From NCBI GenBank assembly GCA_963850305.1, contig CAWKKR010000004.1, positions 64,001-128,000 of the forward strand: DNA of 64,000 bases, given 5' to 3'. The DNA is from an uncultured delta proteobacterium. GTDB lineage: Bacteria; Myxococcota_A; Polyangia; Polyangiales; Polyangiaceae. Shown here in pieces: positions 47,283-57,210 of this stretch. The position numbers and the translations under genes were made by a program. The stretch's first letter is position 1, and each line of letters opens with the position of its first letter. The notes beneath the pieces were generated by a model. That model had not been told where the DNA came from, made no database searches, and was given only the letters and a program-made list of their open reading frames with translations.

Positions 47283-50200
47283 TCAGAGCGGCACGAGTCG
47301 CGACTTCGCGCTGATTTTCACGAGCGCGACGCGCATCCGCTGCCCGTCGAGAACGAACGGCACCGAGCGGCGTTCGCCCGCCGCCGTGATGTCGACGGAG
47401 CCACGGACGGTGCGGGTGTGTCCCTCGGGTCGCGTGACTTCCACGACGTAGTCGCCGGGCGCGCCGCCTTGAAGCGCGAGCCCTTCACGGCTGGTGCTCT
47501 CGACGTCGCGCGCCGTGATGATCGCCTTCGTCGGCGCGCCGAGCCACGACACGCGATTGCCGTCCGACGGCAAGAGCGACAGATCGAGGTCGTCACCGCT
47601 GTCCCACGTGGCCTGTAGACGCAGATCGCCAAGGAGTGCGGACGCATCGGGCGCCGGAACCGCGAGAAGAGCGTCCGCGGCGGTTCGCGTCGCGTCACTC
47701 GCGGCCGCCGTCAAGGCACTCGCGACGTCGGCGTTTCCGAGGTCGCGCTCGCACCGGACGGCTTCCTCGAGCAGCCTGGCGTCCGTCGAGCGGATCTGCG
47801 CAATCGCCAGCGAGTTCCGGCAGCCAAGCGCGGCCTGTCCTGCCCAGCGACGCAGCCGCGCGAGCCTCCACTGCGCCTTGTGATCGCCTGGACGCACGTC
47901 CACCACGCTGCCGAGAATGCGAATCGCGAGCTCGCGTTCGCCGCGCGCCGCGGCAACGTCGGCACGCGCCGTCAACGCGTCGGGGTCGAGCGGGTCCTTG
48001 GCGGACCACTCTTCCGCGACATGACTCGCGCGGTCCACGTCGCCGCTCAGGAAGTACAGCGTGTAGAGCCGCTTCACGGCGTCGCGATCCAGGGCGTTCG
48101 CCGCGGCGTCGCGCTCGGCTCGCGCGATCGCCTCGGGCGTCACCGAGGCGGGCAGCGTCGTGGACGTCACGATCCGTCCGATGCGCTCCCATATCTTCCG
48201 CATCGGAACGTAGCGACGTGGCCAGTACCGCTCCGGCACCTCGGGCTCGAGCGGCGACGGATCGCCGGGTGGCATGAGCATGGGCCTGTCGTCCGTCCTC
48301 CTCAGCGGAGCGCCGGCGGGCGGCGGCGGTGCATAAGCGTGAGCCAGTGCGCCGTCCTCCGCCTCCGAGGCTCGAGCGCGCATCGCCGGCTCCGCGGCCG
48401 CGGACGCAGGCGCCGCTTTTGGCATCGCCGCTCCGGATCCGGAGGCTAATCCTCCGCCGGCTGCCTCCTTTTCATCCCGGTCTCCCGCGTACGCCTCGGT
48501 GCTCCCCACCTCGTCTTTCTTGGCAGTAGCTTCGGGAAGATTTTGTTGCTCCGGATCACGCACGGCGGTTTCACCGTCGGCGCCGGTGCTCACGGCGTCG
48601 TCGTCTCCCGTGTAGACGGCGGGCTGTTCGTCCTGGTGCAAACCGAAGGCGCGGAACATCGCCGCGCTCTCGAGCACCATGAGCGACGTGTACCGGCTCG
48701 CCACGTGGAACCGCCGAGACAGCTCGACCGCGCGCGCGCGGCTCGCAGCGTCGGATTCGTCCTCGAGATCGGCGAGCTCTGCTGCGGCCCAGAGGCGCGG
48801 CACGAACGCGTTGCCCTTCGCCGTCGTGGCTTCGACGTGGAGCGGGTAGCGTTGCTCGAACGGCGCTCCGGCGATTGTTCCGCGCAGCGTGAGCGTGCCG
48901 TCGATGTTCGGACGCGTCATGCGCGCGACGATCATCGTCTCGCCGCCGGCCGCGATCGTCGCGAGCCGCATCGGCGCGACCGCGACGAGTCCGTCGGGGA
49001 GCGCGACGCTCGGGTCGGCGAGCGTGGTCCCGTACGCCGCCCCGAGCACCGCGTACGCGACGTCGAGCGGCGCCTGCCCCGGCACAAACGGCACGACGGC
49101 CCCGCCGCCGGCCTGGGCCATCGTGCGGAGCGTCGCGACGTCCGCGTCGGAACCGATGGCGACCGCGCTCACGGTGCCCGCGCCGCGCGGAACCGCGGCC
49201 TCGACCTCGCGCCGCATGAACGCGGCCGACACGGGTCCGATCGTGGGAGTGCCATCACCAATGTAAATCACACGCGCGGCTCCCGCCGGCGCGTCGCGGA
49301 TCGCGTCGCGCCCGTTCTTTATCGCTAGCCCCAGGTCGGAACCGCCCTCGGGCGTGATGCCGCGCAGGAAATCGGAGACGGCGCGAGCCGCATCGTCGCC
49401 GGGGCTCACGACGTGCGAGGGCAGCTCGCGACACGTCGAATCGCACGCGAGAACCGTGACGCGATCGTCCGGGTCGAGCTCGCGAACGACCCTCGACGCG
49501 AGCTCGGACGCGCGGAGATACCGCTCGCCGAACATCGAACGGCTCGAGTCGACCACGAGCGCGAACTCGCGGAAGGTCCGATCTTCGGCGCGCGGCAGCC
49601 TCGGCTGAAGGGCGATCGCGACGTACGGTGCGCCCCCACCCAGATCGCCCGAGCCCGGAAGGTCCGCTGGCAACGCGGCCGCGCCCACCCCGCTCTGCGG
49701 CGGGGCCGCGAACTCGCCGGGACCCGGCTGATACGCCCACGCAGTGAGCTCCTGCGCGGGGTTCGGGAGCGAATACTCGAATCGACAGATCTCCGTTCGG
49801 CGTGAACCCGTTTGCGGAGAACGAGAGTGACGTCGCGCCCCCGGGCGCCGGCTCTTGCCGGAGGGCATAGCCGTGTGAGCGAACGCCGGCTGCCGGATCG
49901 TTGCCCCGCACCTGGATGTCCACGTCGAAATGACCGACGCGCGTGGAACCACTCGGATCGCGCGGGAGCGGATACACGTACCTGCGGGTGGCACCCGACG
50001 ACGAGATCACCTGCGTGTACGCGAGCACGATGTGTCGCGAACCCCGCCTCGGAATCGGGTAAATCCGGAGTTCGAAGCGCCCCCCGCGTTGCCACTCGAG
50101 CAGCGCCGGGTCTCGCCACGGACCCGGCACCCAGACGATCTCTTCGCCCGCGGGCTTCTTGCCGCCCGCATTTACGATCGCACCGTTCCAGATGGCGGCG

Positions 50201-51923
50201 GCGCGGTTGCGATCGACGAACGCACCATCCACGAGCTTGCCGTCCACGTCGAGCGCGAGACGTTCGATCTGGGCATCGGGCGGGAGCGGAAACCGGTAGA
50301 TGCCCTCGAGCACCTCGTCGGTCGAGTTCGTGAACGTCTCGTCTATCTCGGTACGCGCGATGTTGCCGACGATGCGCACGCGCGTGGTATGCGACGCGAG
50401 CGAAACCGCGCCGGTGCGCTCGCGATCCTGACCGGGCTTCTTTCCGCGAAGCTCACCGAGCCCTTGCATGTCCTCGTCGTTCACCGGTGCGGGAAGAAAT
50501 GCGCGCTCGCTCCAGTTCGCGCCGCTGCCGAGTGTCGCCGTCGGGTAGGACTCCGGCGGCGCGTTACCCTCGATGCGTCCCGCCTCCCCCGCGTGCACGC
50601 CGATGCCGCGTTCCGCGGCGTCGACGAGCCGGAGCGTCCCTCGCACGACTTCGACCGCGGTCCGCCGCGAGTCCGCCGAGGAATCGACGCCTTTGCCGCT
50701 TCCATCTCGACGAAGCCGAGCGGCGTGTCGACTCGGGCGCGACTCTGTCCAGCCCGCACGATATCGACGACGAGAGAGCCGCGATCGAGCCGCGCGCGGC
50801 GTGGCTGATCCCCGTCCAGGTGCAGTTCGCTGTCCTCGTCGAGCACGAACCGCGATCCGTCGCGGAGCATGATGGCGATCCGGGTGCTCGCATCCGTCCT
50901 CAACACCGAACCGGCGGGCACGTCGTCTCCGCGATCGGTCGGACTGCAAACGACCCGATCCGGGCTGCAGCGTTCCACGCCGGAACCATCGCCGAATGCG
51001 CGCGCGACGTCGGTGACCTTGCCGCTCCAAGCGTCGTCGGAATAGCGAGTCGCGTCGGCACGCCTGCGAACGACGTACCAGCCGAACAGGACCGCAAGGA
51101 CGACACCGAGACCCACGAGACGGCGGCGCGCCGACGTGGTCGGCGGCACGGGAGCGGCGGGGGCAGCAGGAGCGGCGGCGGGAGTTGGCGCGCCTTCGGC
51201 TGCGGGTGAAGGAGATCCGGCGGCCGCCCGTCGGGGCGGCGAGACGGGTGCGCTCTGCGGACCGAGGGACGCGACGACGGCGTCGGTGCACGCGTCGATA
51301 TCCACGCTATGAGCCGCTTCGAGGGTTCCCAGGCGCTGGATCGCTTGCTCCACATCGTGCACGCGATCGCGCGACACGTCGTCTTCCGCCACGAAGTCGG
51401 CAATTCTGTCCGGGGCGATTCCGTCGATGATATCGGCGAGGTGCTCCGTGACGTCACCGCGCCGCGCGGCGACCTCGGACGACTCCGCGTCGTCGCTTGC
51501 CGGCCACGGCGCGACTTCCGCGAGCGCTCTCGAGATGCGCGCTCGCGCCGTGTGCTCGTCCACTGCGCACGCAGATGCGACGTCTGAGACGCTGAGACCG
51601 GCTACGTACCGAAGAACGAGTGCATCGCGTTCACTCGGCCGAACGCGGAGCAGAGCCGCGCGCAAGCCGTCGCCGGGAGATTCCGAAGACGCCCGCCGAA
51701 CCTGGGCGCAACGCTTCCTAATGGCAGCGAAAAGACGCGGGCGGGAGAGTGCCTCCGCGTCACCGGTTTCTGCCATTCCGCAAGCCGAGCCGAGAACCTC
51801 GAGCGCGAGGGCACGCGCGTCGTAGCCCAGCGCCGCGCACGCGAATCGCACCAGCCCTAACGCGTCTCGCTCGACCGCAAGCCGCAACTCCAGCCGCACG
51901 TCCGAAACCCTGCCATCTTCCAT
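47283..51923 (-). CDS. ECF-sigma-like/anti-sigma/TM/FecR/VIT/vWA/TPR/DUF2135-like fusion, about 1545 aa, split by two frameshifts
   Basis: Three overlapping ORF frames join at ~50681 and ~49780. Sigma region 4 (ERDALVLRY..GLS..DVA...TARARISRA), TM, FecR (L.DGS..LDEDSEL..RL.RG), VIT (ARTEIDETF.N..EG.YRFPLP..A), MIDAS VDSSRSM, TPRs, DLDL. Confidence 0.8.
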
Positions 51924-52084
51924 CCGAGGCTCCCGTCCCGCGCCGCTCTGACGCTATCGTCATCGTACGAACCAGGGCCGCGAACAATCCATGAAACGTC
52001 CCCCGTCCCTCAAAAGCCCCCTACTCCGACCTCTCCGTACACCGGACTTCACCGCAAATACCGACCGTACGCACGCCGAGGAGC

Positions 52085-52245
52085 GAGAGCGCCGAGATGG
52101 GTGCGCGCTCGAAGCCAAAGACGACACGCCGAGGTCCGATTGCGAAGAACGCGGGGGTAGATCGGCGGGTGAAGACCGGAAGCGTTCGAATGCACGCCGA
52201 GAGCGCCGAGATGCCCCCGCGCTCGAGCAAGCGGCCCTCGGCGCT
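52085..52245. repeat. Two copies of a 28-bp repeat; the second is part of a hairpin
   Basis: GAGAGCGCCGAGATG-N4-CGCGCTCGA at 52085 and 52199, both preceded by GCACGCC. AGCGCCGAG (52202) pairs with CTCGGCGCT (52237). Confidence 0.6.
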
Positions 52246-52720
52246 AAGCGATTTGGCGGCGCCGACGCGGCCTACTCTTGCATCGCGGACAACGGGCGTC
52301 GTCCTGGCTTTCGACGATCAACGAGTGGGAGCGACAGTTCGGACAGTGCTCTATGGAGATGAACTCCGCGCGAAAGCCGCACCCCGGACACTCGCCGACA
52401 TTTCTGCCGAACCCGCCGGCGCCATGGCGGTGGTTCCATGGAGCTCCGCACTTCGGGCATGGCGACTGAACCACGTCGGGTCTGACGACGACTTCGCTCT
52501 TGCCGCGCAGCAGCGCCGCCTCGATCTCCAGCCGCTCGCGTTCCTTTGCGCGAAGCGCCGCGTCGCGGTCCTCGAACTCGGCATCGAGTCGCATCGTCGC
52601 CTCACGCTGGCGTAACGTCAGCTCCTGACGCGCTTCGTCGCGGCAGAGGGGCGTGCAATAGAGGCCATCGACTGGGTTCTTGAGCCAGCCAATCTTCTTT
52701 TCGCAATGGAGGCACTTCAT
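52244..52720 (-). CDS. Multi-zinc-ribbon hypothetical protein
   Basis: CLHC, CTPLC, coiled coil, CPKC, CPGC, CPNC, CPRC. Confidence 0.7.
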   Translation of the reverse strand: MKCLHCEKKIGWLKNPVDGLYCTPLCRDEARQELTLRQREATMRLDAEFEDRDAALRAKERERLEIEAALLRGKSEVVVRPDVVQSPCPKCGAPWNHRHGAGGFGRNVGECPGCGFRAEFISIEHCPNCRSHSLIVESQDDARCPRCKSRPRRRRQIA

Positions 52721-52886
52721 GGCTTCACCTTCGACGGAGCCAAGCATTTTCAGGACAGGCGCCGCGCCGTCAAATAGGTTTTGTGTGCCCACAACCTTTT
52801 GCCCCGACTGAACGCGGAAGATCCTGAATTCCCTCGTCCTTCACCGAGGCAAGTGAAGACTGCGCAAGTTTCGTACAACCCGCTGA

Positions 52887-54011
52887 TTACTCGGCAGCGG
52901 CGGCGGCACCTGCTGGCATCGCGTAGTTCGGGAGCGGTTCCTCGAGCTTCGCCCAGTCGATCTGGCCGTCGTCGACGAGGTTTTCGAACTGGAGCACACC
53001 GAGTTCGTCGTACAGCGGGCGGACGGAGTCCGTGATCAGACCGACCTTCTTCAGATTCGGGATGATGCGGGTGAAGAGTAGATTCCTGAATTGCTGCATG
53101 ACGCCGCCCGCGAGAGAACGCCGTCGGCCTTCCTCGACGTCCCAGCCATAATGTTCGAACACGTCCGTCGAAACGATGCGTTCGCGCATGACGCAGCACG
53201 CTTCGTAAGCGAATCGCGCGCGATCTTCGCGCTCCTGCTCCGTCAACGACTTGACGAACTCTTCCATGTACGTGACGCCGAACGCAACGTGCCGCGACTC
53301 GTCGCGCGTCACCAGATCGAGGACGTCACCCATGACCGGATCGCGGGCCAGCATCCTCTGGGTGTTGAACGCCGCGAGCGCGAGCGACTCGATCACGAGT
53401 TGCATCCCGATGAACTTCAAGTCCCATCGCTCGTCAGCGAGGATCTTGTCGAGGAGCACTTTGAGGTTCTGATTCACCGGGTACATGAACCCGATGCGCT
53501 CCATGATGTACTTGCCGAACACTTCGACGTGGCGAGCTTCGTCGAAGGTTTGCGACGCGGCGTAGAGCTTCGCGTCGTAGGTCGGCGCGCAACTGACGAG
53601 CTGCGACGCAACGAGGAGCGCTCCCTGCTCCCCATGCAAGAACTGCGAGAGCATCCACGACTGCTGGTGCCACGCAAACTCGATCTCGTCTGCCTCGGAA
53701 AGCGCGTCGTAGGAGGCCCAACCCGCGAAGGGGTTATCGACGCCATCCTGAATCGGATTCTCCTTGCGCGAAAACGGTCGCGACCAGTCGATGTCCGTCT
53801 CTGCGTTCCAGTTTCGCTCCTTGCCCAGCCGGTAAAGCTTCCGGATGCGCCGGTCGGACTCCTCGTAGTTCCATGTGTACGAGCCGACCAACGGCGTTCG
53901 AAAAATCTCCGCGACCGTCTCGATGTCAGCAGCACCGAGGGCCGGATCGTCGACACCGAGACGGAACTTCAGATTTCGAGGTGCACGCTCGACGAACCGA
54001 ACTTTGCTCAT
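52887..54011 (-). CDS. Ferritin-like diiron protein (AurF-like family)
   Basis: SQFLHGEQGAL, DEARH, IESLALAAF, DESRHVAFG; AAGGAG RBS. Confidence 0.88.
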   Translation of the reverse strand: MSKVRFVERAPRNLKFRLGVDDPALGAADIETVAEIFRTPLVGSYTWNYEESDRRIRKLYRLGKERNWNAETDIDWSRPFSRKENPIQDGVDNPFAGWASYDALSEADEIEFAWHQQSWMLSQFLHGEQGALLVASQLVSCAPTYDAKLYAASQTFDEARHVEVFGKYIMERIGFMYPVNQNLKVLLDKILADERWDLKFIGMQLVIESLALAAFNTQRMLARDPVMGDVLDLVTRDESRHVAFGVTYMEEFVKSLTEQEREDRARFAYEACCVMRERIVSTDVFEHYGWDVEEGRRRSLAGGVMQQFRNLLFTRIIPNLKKVGLITDSVRPLYDELGVLQFENLVDDGQIDWAKLEEPLPNYAMPAGAAAAAE

Positions 54012-54071
54012 GGGACGAGACTCCTTCACGGGCACGCGCGTTGGGGACCGAGTAAACCGATGCGTGAACAC

Positions 54072-54103
54072 CGCATCAGAATCAGAATACTGATTCTGAT
54101 GCG
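54072..54103. promoter_or_regulatory. Perfect 14-bp inverted repeat, candidate repressor operator
   Basis: CGCATCAGAATCAG-AATA-CTGATTCTGATGCG, AT-rich, 60 bp upstream of the diiron gene and next to a minus-strand TTGACG. Confidence 0.7.
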
Positions 54104-54223
54104 ATAGGTCGTCAAGCGCGAATTCCGCGTCGATAGCGACTCGACTTTCAACCGCCTACCAACGATGATGCGGCCGTCTCAGAGGCGCGGTTTGGCCAGG
54201 CCTGCGACCCCGAGGAGCTTCTG

Positions 54224-56311
54224 GTGAGCGACGACGCCCAAGAGTGGCGCTGGGTCGGCGAGGACGGCGCCGAAAAAACCGTGACTGAACAAGAGCTCAT
54301 CGCGGAGCTCTCGTCAGAATCGCTCCCCAACTACACGTTGGTCTGGAAGAAGGGGTGGCTGGAGTGGCTCCCCGCGATGCAGGTCGCGGAGCTGCTGTGG
54401 GCGCTGCCTCCCGGCAAGGTCGACGTGCCCGTCAAACCGCGAGAAAAGGAGGGTGCCCTAAGCCCGCCAGCTCCGCCGCTTTACCGGTATCCGGTAATGA
54501 AGCGTCGGGCTGCGAGCCTTAAGGGGGACAAACCCGCAGCCGCCTTTGCCGTTCCCCGGCCTGGCCAGGACGCGAAAAAGGCATCCTCATCCCCGGCAGC
54601 CGCGGCTCCGCCGGCGGCGAAGATTGCGCCGGCGCAAGTCATCGACCCGCCGTCGGAACCGTCAAATCCCGAGATTACCGAGCCGAGGCGAAGGCCGGCG
54701 CCCGAACCTCCAACAGAAATCTGGAAACCACTCGACTCGCGGCCCTTCGAGGAAGTCGAAATCGACTCCATCGAAGCATCCAATCCGGGCGCCTCAGCCG
54801 AGGAACGGGACGAGGACGCGACTCTTGTCGCGGACGACGACCACGAACTGATCGCGCCGGAGGAGTCCGACCCGGCCGCGTCGGGTTTCGATCCGCCAAC
54901 CGCCGCGTTCACGGCGCGGTACACGGAAGAAGACGATGCAGCGACGCGCGTGCTCCCGTCGAAGCCGCCGCCGCCGGGTCCGATGTACGTCGGACCGCAC
55001 CTGCCGAGGGCGTCAGAACGTCCTGCCCCGTCTTACGACGACGCCGAGGACGATTTGCCGCGGATCCCACCACCCCCCGCGCCGCCCGCGGACCTCTCTC
55101 TCTACGCCGGAGTGGCGCGCGACGGCGAAGATGGGCAGCGCGCGCGGCGAGTATACGTGATGGGGGGGCTCGCCGTCGCAGCGGCGGCGGCGCTTCTCGC
55201 TCTGGTGATCCGTGGCGGGCGCGAACAGACCACATCCGTCGCGCCGCAAAGCACGGAGGCGGCAGCGAGGCTCACCACGACGAGCAAGTCCGCCCCCGCC
55301 ATCGCCAAACCACGCCGCGAGCCAGCCGCTTGCACGATCGTGACCCAGGCCACCAAGATTGCGGAATGGGCAGACCCTGCGATCACACCCGCCTTCGCAG
55401 CGATCCCCGGATCGGAGCGGGTCGTCATCGGGTTCGGACAGTCGGGCACTTACGCGATTGGCATCACGATCGACCCGCGCACGCTCGACCACGATCAGGT
55501 CTTTCGCGAATTCCGGCACGACAAGCTGGTCAGCGTGGTCCCAACGGCGAAGAACGGCGAGTTGCACTTTCAAGTGGTCAGGGACGGCTTCACGCTCGCC
55601 AACGCGCGAAGCATCGACGCGGCCACGCCATTTTTCCTCGGCGCGACGGCGAACGGGATCGAACGCCTCGTGGGGAAGGGCGACGCTTCACCCGTCTGGC
55701 CGTTTGCGGACGCGGACAAGGAAACAGTGCCGCGCGTCGCAACGGTCGACGGGGTCGGGCACGCCGTCGCGCTGCGGCGTGGCGGGTTGAGTGGACGCAT
55801 CTCCATCGGCTACCTGAATCCATCGGGTGACCGACAGACGGACCTCGCCGACATCCGCGTGAACGCGACCTTCGTCGGAACCCCTGCGGTGGCCGCCAAC
55901 GACGGGACCTTGCTGGTCGCGTTCGCGGCGCGAACCGAACGCAATTCACCGTGGACCCTTGCGCTCGCGCAGGCGAAGTTCGGAGAGCTGCCGAAAGACG
56001 CCAGGGCATTTCCGATTCCCAGTGGAGGACCGGGCGGCAACGCCATCTCTCCTGCGATCGGCCCGCTCGCTGGCGACCGATGGTTGCTTCAATGGACGGA
56101 AGGTTCGTCCGGCAACCGGGTAGCGCGCGCGCAGGTGCTCGACCGGGCCCTCTCACCCATCTCCGACCCAGTGAATCTCTCCCCCGAGGGCGCGAATGCC
56201 GGTCAGGGCGCAGTCTGGGCAAAAGGGGACGTCGGCACCATCCTCTACTACGTACAGAACGACAAGAAGAGCCACGAACTCTGGGGCACCTCGGTCCAAT
56301 GCACCCGGTAA
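54224..56311 (+). CDS. GYF_2-like domain, Pro/acidic linker, TM and beta-rich extracytoplasmic domain
   Basis: WRWV...EL......LP.YTLVWKKGW.EW.PA..V.EL; TM VYVMGGLAVAAAAALLALVI. Confidence 0.75.
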   Translation: MSDDAQEWRWVGEDGAEKTVTEQELIAELSSESLPNYTLVWKKGWLEWLPAMQVAELLWALPPGKVDVPVKPREKEGALSPPAPPLYRYPVMKRRAASLKGDKPAAAFAVPRPGQDAKKASSSPAAAAPPAAKIAPAQVIDPPSEPSNPEITEPRRRPAPEPPTEIWKPLDSRPFEEVEIDSIEASNPGASAEERDEDATLVADDDHELIAPEESDPAASGFDPPTAAFTARYTEEDDAATRVLPSKPPPPGPMYVGPHLPRASERPAPSYDDAEDDLPRIPPPPAPPADLSLYAGVARDGEDGQRARRVYVMGGLAVAAAAALLALVIRGGREQTTSVAPQSTEAAARLTTTSKSAPAIAKPRREPAACTIVTQATKIAEWADPAITPAFAAIPGSERVVIGFGQSGTYAIGITIDPRTLDHDQVFREFRHDKLVSVVPTAKNGELHFQVVRDGFTLANARSIDAATPFFLGATANGIERLVGKGDASPVWPFADADKETVPRVATVDGVGHAVALRRGGLSGRISIGYLNPSGDRQTDLADIRVNATFVGTPAVAANDGTLLVAFAARTERNSPWTLALAQAKFGELPKDARAFPIPSGGPGGNAISPAIGPLAGDRWLLQWTEGSSGNRVARAQVLDRALSPISDPVNLSPEGANAGQGAVWAKGDVGTILYYVQNDKKSHELWGTSVQCTR

Positions 56312-56338
56312 TCGAAGACAAGGACCGCCGAGGGACGC

Positions 56339-56638
56339 ATGACGAGAAACCGACTTTCGGATGACGAGATCTCGAGACGGCTCGAGTCGCTCGTGGGCTG
56401 GCATCGGGACGGGCACAAGCTCGTACGCGAATTCCAGTTCGCGAACTTCGTGGACGCGTTCGCATGGATGACGAGCGCCGCGCTCGGCGCGGAGAAGCTC
56501 GACCATCACCCAGATTGGAAGAACGTCTATAACCGGGTATCGGTCGAGCTGAACACCCACGATGCGGGCGGTATCACGGAGCTTGATTTCGCGCTGGCGG
56601 CGAGAATGAACGAACTCGCCGAGCGCTATCGGCTCTGA
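56339..56638 (+). CDS. phhB: Pterin-4a-carbinolamine dehydratase
   Basis: F.NFVDAF.WM, AEKLDHHPDW.NVYNRV...THDAGGITELD. Confidence 0.95.
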   Translation: MTRNRLSDDEISRRLESLVGWHRDGHKLVREFQFANFVDAFAWMTSAALGAEKLDHHPDWKNVYNRVSVELNTHDAGGITELDFALAARMNELAERYRL

Positions 56639-57177
56639 CTCGCTTCGTTCGCACCTTCCAGCGAAAACTCGAGGCTCTCCTCGTCGCAAACGCGGGTCAG
56701 CACCTCGCCGAGCGAGGAGGCCGCGGAATCGGACGGGAGCTGGATCTCCGCTCCGAGGTGAAACATCAGGGTGCCCGTCAAAGGCGCGTGCTGCACGCGC
56801 GACTCGAGCGAGGCGACGTTGATGCGCCTGTCCGCAAGAAGCTTGCTCACGCCGGCCACGATGCCCGGACGGTCCACACCACTCACACGGAGGCGATAGG
56901 TCGTCACCAGCGGCGCTCCGACCGCTCTCTTCGTCTCGTGGAGCGCGACGCGAAGCCCCAGGCGGTCTGCCGATGCATGGACATCCGCGGTGGCGCGCTC
57001 CACCGACGGTGGCTCGCCAGAGAACAAAAGGATGAGAGCAAACTCTCCTCCGAGGATTGCCATGCGACTGTCCTCGAGGTTCGCACCGGCCTGGTGGATC
57101 AGTGCCGAGATGTCCTGCACCAACCCAGGACGATCCGGGCCCACGGCAGTCAGGATCACGTACCGGCGCTCCGCCAT
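56626..57177 (-). CDS. gcvR: GcvR-like tandem ACT-domain protein
   Basis: LTAVGPDRPGLV, NLEDSRMA.LGGEF, second GVDRPGIV. Confidence 0.85.
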   Translation of the reverse strand: MAERRYVILTAVGPDRPGLVQDISALIHQAGANLEDSRMAILGGEFALILLFSGEPPSVERATADVHASADRLGLRVALHETKRAVGAPLVTTYRLRVSGVDRPGIVAGVSKLLADRRINVASLESRVQHAPLTGTLMFHLGAEIQLPSDSAASSLGEVLTRVCDEESLEFSLEGANEASQSR

Positions 57178-57210
57178 GCATCGCTGCTTAGCACCAATCA
57201 CGGAAACTAA

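Noticed and set aside
52071..52245. Mini CRISPR array
   Set aside because: Only two imperfect copies, an 86-bp gap, and no cas genes.
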